Shown: piece after piece, positions 53,031-64,000 of the stretch
Layout of the letters: each line of letters begins with the position of its first letter
Position numbering within the stretch: position 1 is the first letter of the stretch
Source: Felis catus
Lineage: Eukaryota
Assembly (NCBI RefSeq): GCF_018350175.1
Contig: NC_058368.1
Location: forward strand, 96,722,001 to 96,786,000
Length of the DNA stretch: 64,000 bases
Direction: 5' to 3'
Made by a program: the position numbers and the translations under genes
The notes under the pieces: model-generated
The model's database searches: none
Told to the model about the DNA's origin: nothing
Seen by the model: the letters and a program-made list of their open reading frames with translations, nothing else

Positions 53031-53560
53031 AAGAACAAGGTACTTCTCAATGATTTTTTTTCCTTCGATATCCTCTTCCAGATGTTTTCCCTTTCTTAAG
53101 GTAAGTGTTTCCAGGTAGAATTTTAAGCACACGAAGGCACACTTTCAGAAGAAAATGCTAGATTGTTCTTGTTCATTTTTATGAAACGCTAAATCAAACC
53201 TCACGCACGGGTTATGCGTGTCTACAGCAGGGCAGGTAGAATACGGTGAGGAACTCTCTAACTATAGAGCCTCTGCTCTCTTCAGGCCAAGATGGTATTG
53301 GAGGAAGCCTAGATCCTAAAGCCTTAAATGTCAACTGAATCATTGCAATCAGCGTAAAACACACAAAAATAGTATTTAAGGTAAGAATAAGATGAAGGGA
53401 TAAATCTATCCTTGTTTTAAAGAAACCTGAAATTAGAACACTAAGAGTATAATGGAGACACATATTAATTCTGTCCCTGATCCTTTGTTTGTATTTGTTA
53501 TATTAATTTTTAAAAACGATTCTTTGCCTGGGTCTCTATTTAGGCCTGTTTTTTTGTTTT

Positions 53561-53562
<2 letters not shown>

Positions 53563-53607
<45 letters not shown>
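53563..53607. repeat. (TG)n microsatellite
   Basis: Perfect GT run. Confidence 0.97.
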
Positions 53608-53611
<4 letters not shown>

Positions 53612-54481
53612 AAGGCAGTAAAAAGTAAAGAAACCCATTACTTGAAAATAATTCTATATATGAAGGTCCTGAACTCACCAACTCCTTAATTCTATCAAGA
53701 ATTAGTTACCCTACCCTTAAGTCATCTACCCAAGAAATTTTTAATATGGAATATTTATAGCTAAATTAGTGTAAGATCAGAAATCGAAGGGCAGTTTTTA
53801 TAGAGAAAGAGCTGATGACAGACTCACTACCAAGCTCACTGCTTTCCCTCATCATGAGCAGACCTCTGAGTCACTTTTATAAATCTGATACCTATAAATT
53901 CAGAGGTAAGATGAATACAGTGATAAGAAGAGTACCATGAACCCAAGATTAAAGCAACTACCTAAGAGACTAGTTAAAATACATTAGTTCCCTTGTAGCA
54001 GTCATCGATGACATCTTCAAGAACAAATAGACCAATATGGAATGACACCAAGCAAGGAAATGCCCGCTGGTAGAGGGGATACTTAGGATAGGTTTTATGA
54101 TGGCTTGTTTTGGTCTGAGAAGCACAGACTCTCTGCTCAAGCCCATTTGTGTCATAACTGACTAAGCCAATAACTCAGCTGCCAGAGAAGTTTGCTTTGG
54201 TTTCTTCATCTGTAAAGTACGAAAATAAAAAGGCAGCTCCTTGACCACAAAATGAACAGAAATTGCTTTCTGAAAATACTCTTGCTGAAGGCAAAGTACT
54301 ATGGGTGCTCTCAAACAATTAGGGAATAAAAACTACTTGTGATTTTAGAAATAAAAGTGACCTGTTGGATCAATTATTACCTTTGTCATGGATGTATTTG
54401 GAATTTTTCAATTTCAACAATTCAACTCATTTCATTTATTCTCCTGTCATAATTAAAGGATGAACCTCCCCACCCTTTCTC

Positions 54482-54670
54482 TTATTTATTTTTGAGAGAT
54501 AGCATGAGTCAGGGAGGGGCAGAGAGAGAGGGAGACACAGAATCTGAAGCAGGCTCCAGGCTCTGAGCGGTCAGCACAGAGCCCAATGCAGGGCTTGAAC
54601 TCATGAACTGAGAGATGATGACCTGAGCCAAAGACGGACACTTAACCGATTGAGCCACCCAGGCACTCCC
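54482..54670 (-). mobile_element. CAN-SINE
   Basis: Antisense SINE ending GAGCCACCCAGGCACTCC. Confidence 0.93.
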
Positions 54671-56370
54671 CCCCCCCCACACACACACAGTTTGATATAC
54701 CACAGTGTAAGTATACAACTGAGGGAACTAGACACAAAATAGGTATCAGGTACATACCTATCGATGGGTTAGTTGATACACAGAAACTTGTATTCATAGT
54801 CGAAACGATGCCCTTCAGAAGATTCTCTCAGCCCTGCTCTCCATGACACGTTCCCTGTATCCTTCACTCATCTCAGCAAGGAAGACAAATAGGTGAGCAA
54901 AACTAACAAATCTGAGTCCTGTTCCATGGTCTATGAGCCAACACTGAAAATCTTACAATAAGAGTGGTGGGGTTTGAGCCCCTTCAAACCGGTGTTGATG
55001 AGGCCACATATCCATTAGGAATAGTATGGAGAAAGGCACCTGTCATGCTCCAATTATAGTCATCCAAATTCATGTCTTTCACAGTTCTGCTAAGACCAGA
55101 CTCTCCTCCTTTACCATGTATTACTGACGAACACCCTTCACCCTCAATAATATATGAAAGAAAAGACCAAGAACGTTAAGCATGGAGGAATATTCAAAAA
55201 GTAAACATAAGAAATGCAATCATGATGCAAACACAGATGGCCACAGGGTTTAAGCAGGTGATATAGATAAAACAATAAAACCCAGTTGTAGGAAGAGCAG
55301 GAGAGGGAGGGGAACTAAAAAAGATAAATGACCTTGACTGCAAGATGAGAAACTCACACTAGGGGGTGGTGTGAATGTGAACTGTCCTCAAACCTAAGTC
55401 CTGTCCACGGGGACAGTCATGGCTTGCAAGTCTCCAGCAGAGTGTGGCCGTGAGAACACTCTTTCAACAGAGCACAGAAACCTGGATTTTGTTTGACATC
55501 TCTGCTATTTTATATCTTCTAACCAATTCAAACAAAGCCTAGGTCATCATGGAAGCCAAACGAAAATGTATCTCTTTTGTGGATTAAAGCTTATTAAGCT
55601 TTGCTTTGGGTCTTTTGACATGGTTTGCATTTTAGATACTGGCTTCTGAGAAACAAGAGGCATACATTACAGCTGCTCAACTGGATGTTAATTATTTAAT
55701 TAGGAAAATAATTTTCACTTTAGAAAAAAACCTGGATTTCAAAGAGTTCCTGCAAGAGGTTATTAGTGAAATTTTAAAAGTATTTCCAACACACCCCAGG
55801 TGATCCAAGCTGCCATTAACCTCGTAGCAATGTCGCCTTCTACTGGAGTCCTTCATACAGGAGTTGATGTCTATTGTTTCCTATTTCCTTCACATTTGTG
55901 ACTGTGTTTTCTTTATTTAATAAATGTGTCCTGAGGTAAAAATGGCTACCTGTGAACTCAGGAGTGTGGGAGGTCGTATCAAATCAGTACTTAGTCCCCC
56001 CAAAGGTTAACACAAATGTGACCCCCTTAAGAACAAGTCTGGTATCTGTAGTGATAGAAGAAGGTCTACTTTTCTTACTCATATAGATGAATATCATATT
56101 TTCTCTCCAAGACTTCTTCTTTACCACTGAAATGTTTCTGCATACTTAGAATTTGAAGATCAAGTTCAAGTCACTGAAAAAAGGACTACACGGCACCCAG
56201 AAAAATGATAAATTCTAAGCCAACAGTTGTAAAATATCCTCCAAATTTACATCATTACTGATCATACACAATATGACTAAGGAGAAGAAGAGAAATCCTG
56301 TACCGTCAGGGAAAATTTAGGTGTCGTTTTAGCTTAGGAAAAGTCACAATCTAAAATAAAAAGATGAGGT

Positions 56371-56572
56371 GGAGTGCTTGGGTGGCTCAGTCAATTAAGT
56401 GTCCCATGCTTGGTTTTGGCTTAGGTTCTTGAGTTTGAACCCCACGTTGGGCTCTGTGCTGACAATATGGAGCCTGCTTGGGATTTATTCCCTCTCTCTC
56501 TCCCTCCCTGTGTTTGTCCCCCTCCCTCTCTCTCAAAGTAAGTAAATAAACTAAATTAATTAATTAATTAAA
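56371..56572 (+). mobile_element. CAN-SINE (older, internal deletion)
   Basis: GGAGTGCTTGGGTGGCTCAG head; (TAAT)n tail. Confidence 0.88.
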
Positions 56573-56589
56573 TCATAGACCAATTTATG

Positions 56590-56770
56590 TAATAACTATC
56601 ATGTGAGCACCTATCATGCAGTGGGTACTGTGCCACATAGCTTTTAATTGTCAAATGAAACCACCTCAATTATGCACATGAGCAAAACTGAGGCTGAGGT
56701 ACAAATAATCTCTAGAGGTTACCCAAGTAACAAATGGCAGGTATAGTCTAGACAAGATTCAAATCCAGGC
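56590..56770 (-). mobile_element. MIR
   Basis: GAGCACCTATCATGCAG..ATGAGCAAAACTGAGGCT..GATTCAAATCCAGGC. Confidence 0.7.
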
Positions 56771-56780
56771 ACAGGAAATT

Positions 56781-58137
56781 ATTACTTCTTTTTTTAATTT
56801 TATATCCAAGTTAGTTAGCATATAGTGCAGTAACGATTTCAGGAGAATACAGTGATTCATCCCAACAAATGTCTTCCTTAATACCCCTTGCCCAGTTAGC
56901 CCATTCCCCCACCCACAACCCCTCCAGTTACCCTCTGTTTGCTCTCCATATTTAAGAGTCTCTTATGTTTTGTCTCCCTTTCTGTTTTATATTATTTTTG
57001 CTTCTCTTCCCTTAAATTTGTATCTTAAGTTCCACATGAGTGAAGTCATATTTGTCTCTAATTTTGCTTAGCATAATACACTATAGTTCACCCACATTGC
57101 TGCAAATGGCAAGATTTCATTCTTTTTGATTGCTGAGTAATATTCCATTATTATATTATATATACGACATCTTCTTTATCCATTCATCTGTCAATGGACA
57201 TTTGGGCTCTTTCCATATATGGGCTATTGTCGATAGCACTTCTATAAACATAGGGTTGCATGTGCCCCTTTGAAACAGCATACCTGTATCTTTTGGATAA
57301 ATACCTAGTAGTGCAATTTCTGGGTCAGAGGATAGTTCTATTTTTAATTTTTTGAGGAACTTCCATACTGTTTTCCAGAGTGGCTGCACCAGTTTGCATT
57401 TCCACCAACAGTGCAAAAGTGTTCCTCTTTCTCCACATCCTCTCCAGCATCTGTTGTTGCCTGAGTTGTTAACGTGAGCCATTCTGACAGGTGTCAGGTG
57501 GTATCTCATTGTGGTTTTGATTTGTATTTCCCTGATGATTGATATTGAGCATGTTCTCATGTGTCGGTTGGCCATCTGGATGTCTTCCTTGGACAAGTAT
57601 CAATTCACGTCTCTTGCCCAATTCTTCACTGGATTATTCGTTTTTTGGGTGTTGAGTTTGCTAAGTTCCTTTTAGATTTTGGACACTAACCCTTTATCTG
57701 TTACGTCATCTGCAAATATCTTCTCCCATTCCATTGGTGGCCTTTTAGTTTTGCTGATTGTTTCCTTCGCAGTGCAGAAGCTATCCTGATGAGAACCCAA
57801 TGGTTCATTTTTGCTTTTGTTTCCCTTGCCTCTGGAGACAAGTTGCTGCAGCCGAGGTCAAAGAGGCTTTTGCCTGCTTTCTTGTCAAGAATTTTGATGG
57901 CTTCCTGTCTTATTAGGTCTTTCATCAATTTTGAGTTTATTTTTGTGTATGGTGTAAAAAAGTGGTCCAGGTTCATTCTTCTGTATGTTGCTGTCCAGTT
58001 TTCCCAACACCATTTGGTGATGAGACTGTCTTTATTCCATTGGAATAAATTCTTTCCTGCTTTGTCAAAGATTAGTTGGCCATACGTTTTGAGAGTCTAT
58101 TTCTGGGTTCTCTATTCTGTTACATTGATCTAAGTGT
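56781..58137 (-). mobile_element. 5'-truncated feliform L1 (1.36 kb)
   Basis: Minus ORF 57156-57596 is the ORF2 C-terminus ([14 protein letters not shown]); perfect TSD CAGGCACAGGAAATT at 56766-56780 and 58138-58152. Confidence 0.96.
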
Positions 58138-58422
58138 CAGGCACAGGAAATTCTAAGGAGATGGAAGAACTTTAGGAGTTATCTGATCCAAAGCTTCTGT
58201 CTTACATTTGAAAAAAAAAGGTCACCACAACAGACCATTGACTAGCTCAAGTGCTCACAAATAGACCACCTTTCTTTCAAGATAGTGCCAAAGCAAGGGT
58301 CACTTCTGCCAACTTTAGTAACTATTATTTAGCATTTCATTCCCTAAGATGATGTAACCCTCATAGCCGTGCCCTTATCTTTGGGAAGAGTGCGATGTAT
58401 CAGTCTGTCATTTAAAAGTCCT

Positions 58423-58811
58423 GGGGGTACGTGGGTGGCTCAGTTGGTTAAGCGTCCAACTCTTGGTTTTGGCTCAGGTCATAATCTTGTGGTTTGGTAG
58501 GTTTGAGCCCAGCATTGGGCTCCGTGCTGGCAGTGGGGAGCCTGCTTGGATTCTCTCTCTCCTCCTTTTTCTGCCCCTCTCCTAGCACTCTCTAAATAGT
58601 AAACAGGGCACCTGGGTGGCTCAGTTGGTTAAGCGTCTGATTTCAGCTTAGGTCATGATCTCATGATTCGTGAGTTCTAGCCCTGCATTGGGTTTTGCAC
58701 TGATAGCGTGGAGCCTGCTTGGGTTCCTCTCTCTTCCTCTCTCTCACTCTGCCCCTCTCCCTCTCACCCTGTCTCTGTCTCCCTCAAAATAAATCAATAA
58801 TGTTAAAAAAA
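58423..58811 (+). mobile_element. Head-to-tail CAN-SINE dimer (monomers 58423-58605 and 58606-58811)
   Basis: Junction CTAAATAGTAAACA|GGGC; possible TSD TTAAAAGTCCTG / TTACAAGTCTG around the whole dimer. Confidence 0.92.
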
Positions 58812-59533
58812 TGTTACAAGTCTGTGCAATTCAACTACCAAGTATACAGAGAATTTTCAGTGATACACAAAATAGTTCTTTTGTATTCTCCCCAATCATC
58901 CCCGCTCCCTCATCCATACAGATCCCGCCTCAGCCAACTTCAGAGAAACCCCTCTCTGATCCTATTCCCACATATCTGTTCCCTACATAGTGCCCTCAGG
59001 CTTCTCCCTCCTCTACCCAACCCAGAAGGCCCTACTCCTCTCTTCTCATGGCTATCGCCCTGGGCTGCCATTATGGCTAGGTTTTCAACCAGTGGAACCA
59101 ACAGGAGTTGGGGGCCATTGCAGAATTTCAACATAGATGGTACTGAGGACCAACAACCCGTTAAGTGGAGGTGGGCACTAGTAGATACCTTTACAACTTT
59201 GTTTATAAAACAAGCATTCCATTAATCAAGTGTTTATTTCTTTACTGTAGTTTACTGTGACTTCAGGAGTAGGGCCTGATGGGTATGATGGTGGTAAGGT
59301 TACTAAAGCCCTTATTTGCCTTCTTTTTGTGCTGTTACCAAAAGTGAGGGTGTTCCACCATTCAGGTCTCATTAAAGGAAGAACTCAAGGAAAATAATCT
59401 TTACAGGCCTAACCTCAAAGTGAAACGGGAAGTAGGGAAACTAATCTTTCTCTTGCTCATATTTTCTATTACTTTCTGCAAGATTCTGGTGTATTAAGCC
59501 AAAATTAGTTTCCCCCCCCCCCCTTCTTTCTCT

Positions 59534-59536
<3 letters not shown>

Positions 59537-59588
<52 letters not shown>
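59537..59588. repeat. Pure poly(A) tract of about 52 nt
   Basis: Uninterrupted A run, with a C run at 59512-59523 just upstream. Confidence 0.95.
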
Positions 59589-59592
<4 letters not shown>

Positions 59593-60419
59593 GTATTATC
59601 CTACCTTGATAGGAATTATGGCCTAGGGAGAGAGGTGGAAATTCATCTTGCTCCAGCCAAGAGTGGAGAGAAAAATAGGAGCCTCACCACAATAAAACCA
59701 ACCTATGCAAAATCCATCAGCTGTACCAAAATACACGATGTGGGGGAAACACCACGTAAGCTCCTTACTCCCTGAGAAGTTTTTCTCTAGTCAAATGGTA
59801 CTAAGACCACACCTGCGAATAAATAGCCAGGTTACTGTTGGCTAATAGGGTATGGGGGTGGGGGTCCAGAATGGAAAAAATTGTCTCCAGGAAATGCTTT
59901 TAAGAGGGAAGATAACATCTAGCCCTGTTCAGGAAACTGAGCCCTTCTGAGGATCTTAAATTTATACCTCTATCTCTCACCCCTTCCTCCTTGGTATATT
60001 TCATAGCCAGCTTTGCTACCTGACTATGCTACTACAAATGGACTCTGTCACTTTAGAAATAGGGTTGTCCTTTTATAGGCAGATTGACGGACTAGGTGTC
60101 AAGGTTTTAGAACAGTGGCATGACTGGGCCAAACACCCTCACCCGTAAATCCAATATTGACAAAAGTCCTACCCAATCCAGGTAATTCTGTTTGTCAAAT
60201 TGCCTTTATTAAGGCATTACTGCAAAACATAGGGCACAGAAAACCATTGACAGTGAATTATTAAACCCATTGTTTAAGGAGGAAAATGTTAATGAACAAT
60301 TGATTATTACAAATTGTCGTAAAAAGAAACTCGGCATTCTCTCTCCATTCTCAGCCTCCCAAAATATGCCCATAAACTTTCACTGCCTAATAAACAGAAA
60401 TCATCCTGAGTCTGAGGGG

Positions 60420-61030
60420 TTTTTTTTTAATATGAAATTTATTGTCAAATTGGTTTCCATACAACACCCAATGCTCATCCCAACAGGTGCCCTCCTCAAT
60501 GCCCATCACCCATTTTCCCCTCCCTCCCACCCCTGCCCCATCAACCCTCAGTTTGTTCTCAGTTTTTAACAGTCTCTTATGGTTTGGCTCCCTCCCTCTC
60601 TAACTTTTTTTTTCCCTTCCGCTCCCCCATGGTCTTCTGTTAAGTTTCTCAGGATCCACATAAGGGTGAAAACATATGGTATCTCTCTTTCTCTGTATGA
60701 CTTATTTCTCTTAGCATAACACTCTCCAATTCCATCCACGTTGCTACAAATGGCCATATGTCATTCTTTCTCATTGACAGGTAGTATTCCATTGTGTATA
60801 TAAACCACAATTTCTTTATCCATTCATCAGTTGATGGACAATTTAGGCTTTTTCCATAATTTGGCTATTGTTGAAAGTGCTGCTCTAAACATTGGGGTAC
60901 AAGTGCCCCTATGCATAAGCACTCCTGTATCCCTCAGGTAAATTCCTAGCAGTGCTATTGCTGGGTCTTAGGGTAGATCTACTTTTAATTTTTTGAGAAA
61001 CCTCCACACTGTTTTCCAGAGAGGCTGCAA
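60420..61030 (-). mobile_element. 5'-truncated felid L1
   Basis: Antisense 3' UTR and ORF2 end; decayed TSD GAGTCTGAGGGGTTTTT / GGGTCTGCAGGTTTTT. Confidence 0.93.
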
Positions 61031-61420
61031 TGGGTCTGCAGGTTTTTAAACTTGAGACTTTTTATTTACATCTTCTGTTTGATTTCTCAAGTCAGTGAAG
61101 ACTAGGTGAGTTAGTGAAGTAGAATCAACTGTAAACTCTATAACATCATCAAAAGCTTGAAAGCCATCTCCTTGGAATTCAAATTTAAGAATATTTAATA
61201 CAACTTTTTGAGGATACAATGTATGTGTCACTGTAAAAGCTTTGCTTTGGGAGTCCTAAATAAAAATAATGAGTTATCTACCAAAAAAAGCATCAGAATC
61301 AAGGAGTACCCAACCAATTCTCATTTTATACCCCTCATTCCGATATTGGCACTGAACATCCATTTCACTTTTTCAGACTTTGGTCCTCTATCAGTTTTTG
61401 GATGTTAACTCTGTTCACTA

Positions 61421-61567
61421 ATTACTTTCACTAACTTAAGATGCCTTCCATTGTAAACTGCACCATTATTTTACATATCACTAAAAAACAAAACACACCA
61501 ATTCCGAGACACATTCTGATTTTAGACAGGCTATTACAATATTAAAAACACACCTCTCAAAATTGAT

Positions 61568-61570
<3 letters not shown>
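61421..61570. mobile_element. MER104-like TcMar-Tc2 MITE remnant
   Basis: TAAGATGCCTTCCATTGTAAACTGCACCATTATTTTACATATCACTAA..GACACATTCTGATTTTAGA resembles the MER104 consensus as I recall it. Confidence 0.5.
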
Positions 61571-61610
<40 letters not shown>

Positions 61611-61624
61611 ACACACACACACAC
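61570..61624. repeat. (CA)n microsatellite
   Basis: AC run with one interruption. Confidence 0.96.
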
Positions 61625-62039
61625 CCATCCCTGGGTCTGCATAGAACATTATTATTAGAAGCCACTAACTACAGGAGATACAATGGAATTCAGTCATTGA
61701 CATTTTCTTGCTATCTCTCTTAACAAAGTATATTTGTATTTTGGAGTTGAAGACATGTTTTTCTGATTTCTGGCAAGCCCAGCATGTCCTATCTACACAT
61801 TGTTCAGGTTTTGCTAAGTGTTGGAAAAACAAATTCAGATTGAGGAGAGAACCGGCCAGGCATAAATAAATAAGCTATAAACTAGAACCTAATGAAAATG
61901 GTCATTGAACTATTCATGCCGTAGAACAGAGAAAATCTCAAACTTGGCAATGTCCTTTTTAAATATGCTCAGTGTGAACTCGCTTTGAAAATACCATTGG
62001 TGTTTGGGCAGCTGCCATCCTTCACAAGTTCATACTCAC

Positions 62040-62109
62040 CTTGTACCCTTCCTGCTCCCATGGGAAGACAAAGCTGAACATGCTTTCAAACAACATTTGC
62101 CTTGAACTT
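62040..62109 (-). other. Candidate 70-nt exon
   Basis: Branch-like CTGAC, acceptor cattgcatttccacag| and consensus donor AAG|gtgagt in unique sequence. Confidence 0.4.
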
Positions 62110-62439
62110 CTGTGGAAATGCAATGACTGATGTCAGAGGCAATAAAATCCTAGACTGAGAGATCCTGTGGCTGAATGAATCCCAAAGAAAAAAGCCCAAG
62201 AATGGATTTTCCTCTCTCCTGATGTGACAAAGGACATTTCACTAGGAACCTAAATGTTGGGTTTTTTTCCCCCTTTCTGAGAAGAAACACATGAATCCCT
62301 GACAGGTCTTTAAACAAAGAGCAAAAACTCCCTGCTTGGGTTTCTATCACAAAAGCAAACCCTGGCTCCAGAATGATTTACAGAAACATATCTTCACCAA
62401 AGCTTTTGGCTTAGTTGCCCACAAACACCATGTAACTCC

Positions 62440-63740
62440 TCTGGCGAGTTCCCAACTTCAGACATCCATCTTTGTACCGAACAGCTCCCCTGGGTTGTCT
62501 AATAAATGCCACCATCTTAATACGGCAAAGTCCCTGGGTCCTCACCTGCCCCTCCCCATCTCCCCTGTCACTTCCTGCTACACATGACACACCATCCACC
62601 CAGTTGGCCGAACCAACACCCCAAGAGTCTGACTGTTTCTCATTTCACTTCACCTCCTACATACCCTCCAGCAATAGCACAAAATATATGCCAAACCCTT
62701 TAGTTCAATTCTTCTTTCATTAACAATACTCTAGAAGAGCCTACAGTCATCTCTTGCCTGGATTCTCTAGCTGGTTACCACACAGCCCCTAACTGGTTTT
62801 CCATACAACAGCCCCAGTGATCTTTTTTAAATGCAAATCAGATTATGTTATTACTCTGTTCTAATGCCTCCAGTTGTTCCCCACTGTACTGCATCTGCTA
62901 GTTGCCTTCGTTCTCTGCTCTATGGTTTTGTCATCCACAAAATGTGACCAGGGAGGACACAACCACCTCATACCACAGCCATGGAGATGAACGGATGCAA
63001 TATAGGTGAAGCTGGTGCCCGGTGTGTGGCACATGGCAAGCATCAGAGCAGAGGACTTGTTGCCCTTTACAACTACGAGGCGATCCCCTCACCAAGTCTG
63101 ACCCTTACTCCTGCACTCCCATCTCACTGCTTAGCCCTGTCCTGTTCCCCACACATCTGGTCTTCTTTATTATTTTTTAAGTGTATTTATTTATTTTAAA
63201 GACAGTAAGAGAGAGCATGCACGTGTGAGAGGAAAAGGGGCAGAGAGAGAGAAGAGGACAGAGAATCCAAAGTGGCTCTGTGCGGACAGCAGAGAACCCA
63301 ATGCAGGGCTCAAAGTCAGCAACGCTGAGATCATGTCCTGAGCCCAAGTCAGACACTTAACCTACTGAGCCACCCAGGCACCCCTGGTCTCCTTTAAGTC
63401 AAGCACACTGAACTCATGTCATTAAAAAAAACAAAAAACAAAAAAAAACAAAAAAAAAAACAACAAAAAAAAAAACTTCAACCTTCTGTCTCATCTGTAA
63501 GATTTAGCCAATACCTTCTCTGAGCTGGTTCCTTTTCTTCACCCAAGCCTCAGATTCTGTGCCACTTGTCAACAAGATGTCCTCCCCTGCCAAAGGAAAT
63601 GATCTCTCTGTCCAGTGACTCTGCCCCATCACCTTGTTTTATTCCATCCATGGCACTCTGAACCTCTAAATGTCTTGTTTAGATATTTGGAACTTCTTCA
63701 TCATCTCCATTTCCATGCACTTGTGTGAGGGCAGGGCACA
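62440..63740 (+). mobile_element. L2 fragments, interrupted by a SINE
   Basis: CATCTCTTGCCTGGATT; CCAGTGATCTTTTTTAAATGCAAATCAGATTATGTTATTACTCTG; GTGAGGGCAGGG. Confidence 0.72.
63168..63383 (-). mobile_element. CAN-SINE
   Basis: TSD CTGGTCT(T/C)CTTTA. Confidence 0.94.
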
Positions 63741-63749
63741 ACATTGTCA

Positions 63750-63905
63750 CGTGCTGACTTGAGGCAAACATTTAACTTCTGTGGGTCGCAGTTCCCTTGT
63801 GGAAAAACTAGGTACGTTAATGCCTCCATCTTGGAATTCTGTCATTCAAAGGACTTCATCCCTGTCAGCTACCCAGTAGTGCCTGGCAAGTAAGTGCTCA
63901 TCACT
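63750..63905 (+). mobile_element. MIR
   Basis: GACTTGAGGCAAACATTTAACTTCTGTGGGTCGCAGTTCCC..GTGCCTGGCAAGTAAGTGCTCA. Confidence 0.7.
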
Positions 63906-64000
63906 CACAGTCTTTCTTCTCAAGAAGCCTAAATCCAATGCGTTATGTATAAGCAATCTGGACCTGAGGAGATAACTCATTAGAAATGGAGATTGATGGG

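Noticed and set aside
58719..59225. 168-aa plus-strand ORF
   Set aside because: Starts in a SINE CT-rich tail and runs through low-complexity pyrimidine-rich DNA with no coding signature.
61046..61231. Protein-like 61-aa minus-strand ORF
   Set aside because: No good splice donor or ATG start and no recognised homology; length is compatible with chance.
1..63383. tRNA-like A/B-box sequences as tRNA genes
   Set aside because: All are CAN-SINE heads followed by CT-rich bodies and A tails.

Overview
This is eukaryotic, AT-rich, CpG-depleted mammalian DNA, almost certainly from a cat-family (Felidae/feliform) genome. It carries about 29 tRNA-derived CAN-SINE monomers, including a near-consensus felid SINEC_Fc-type copy at 51.7 kb, and many carnivore LINE-1s. 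Most of the window is transposon-derived: a full-length but dead 6.8 kb L1 with target-site duplication (TSD) at 14099-20910, an older 5.3 kb L1 interrupted by four SINEs, several 5'-truncated L1s with clean TSDs, a twin-primed inverted L1, old L1M/L2/MIR fragments, and Tigger2a-, MER58- and MER104-like DNA transposons. I see no intact protein-coding gene, rRNA, true tRNA or CRISPR; the listed ORFs are L1 remnants or chance frames. The unique sequence holds three minus-strand exon-like segments (62109-62040, 42182-41919, 38460-38400) and an ETS-rich, CpG-retaining promoter-like patch at about 42.3 kb. These suggest the 5' end or introns of a minus-strand gene that I cannot name. The most notable observation is two separate head-to-tail CAN-SINE dimers sharing the same junction and diagnostic variants, which may represent a dimeric SINE family mobilised as a unit. 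Repeat family names come from my recognition of consensus sequences, not from a database search, and boundaries of old repeats are approximate.
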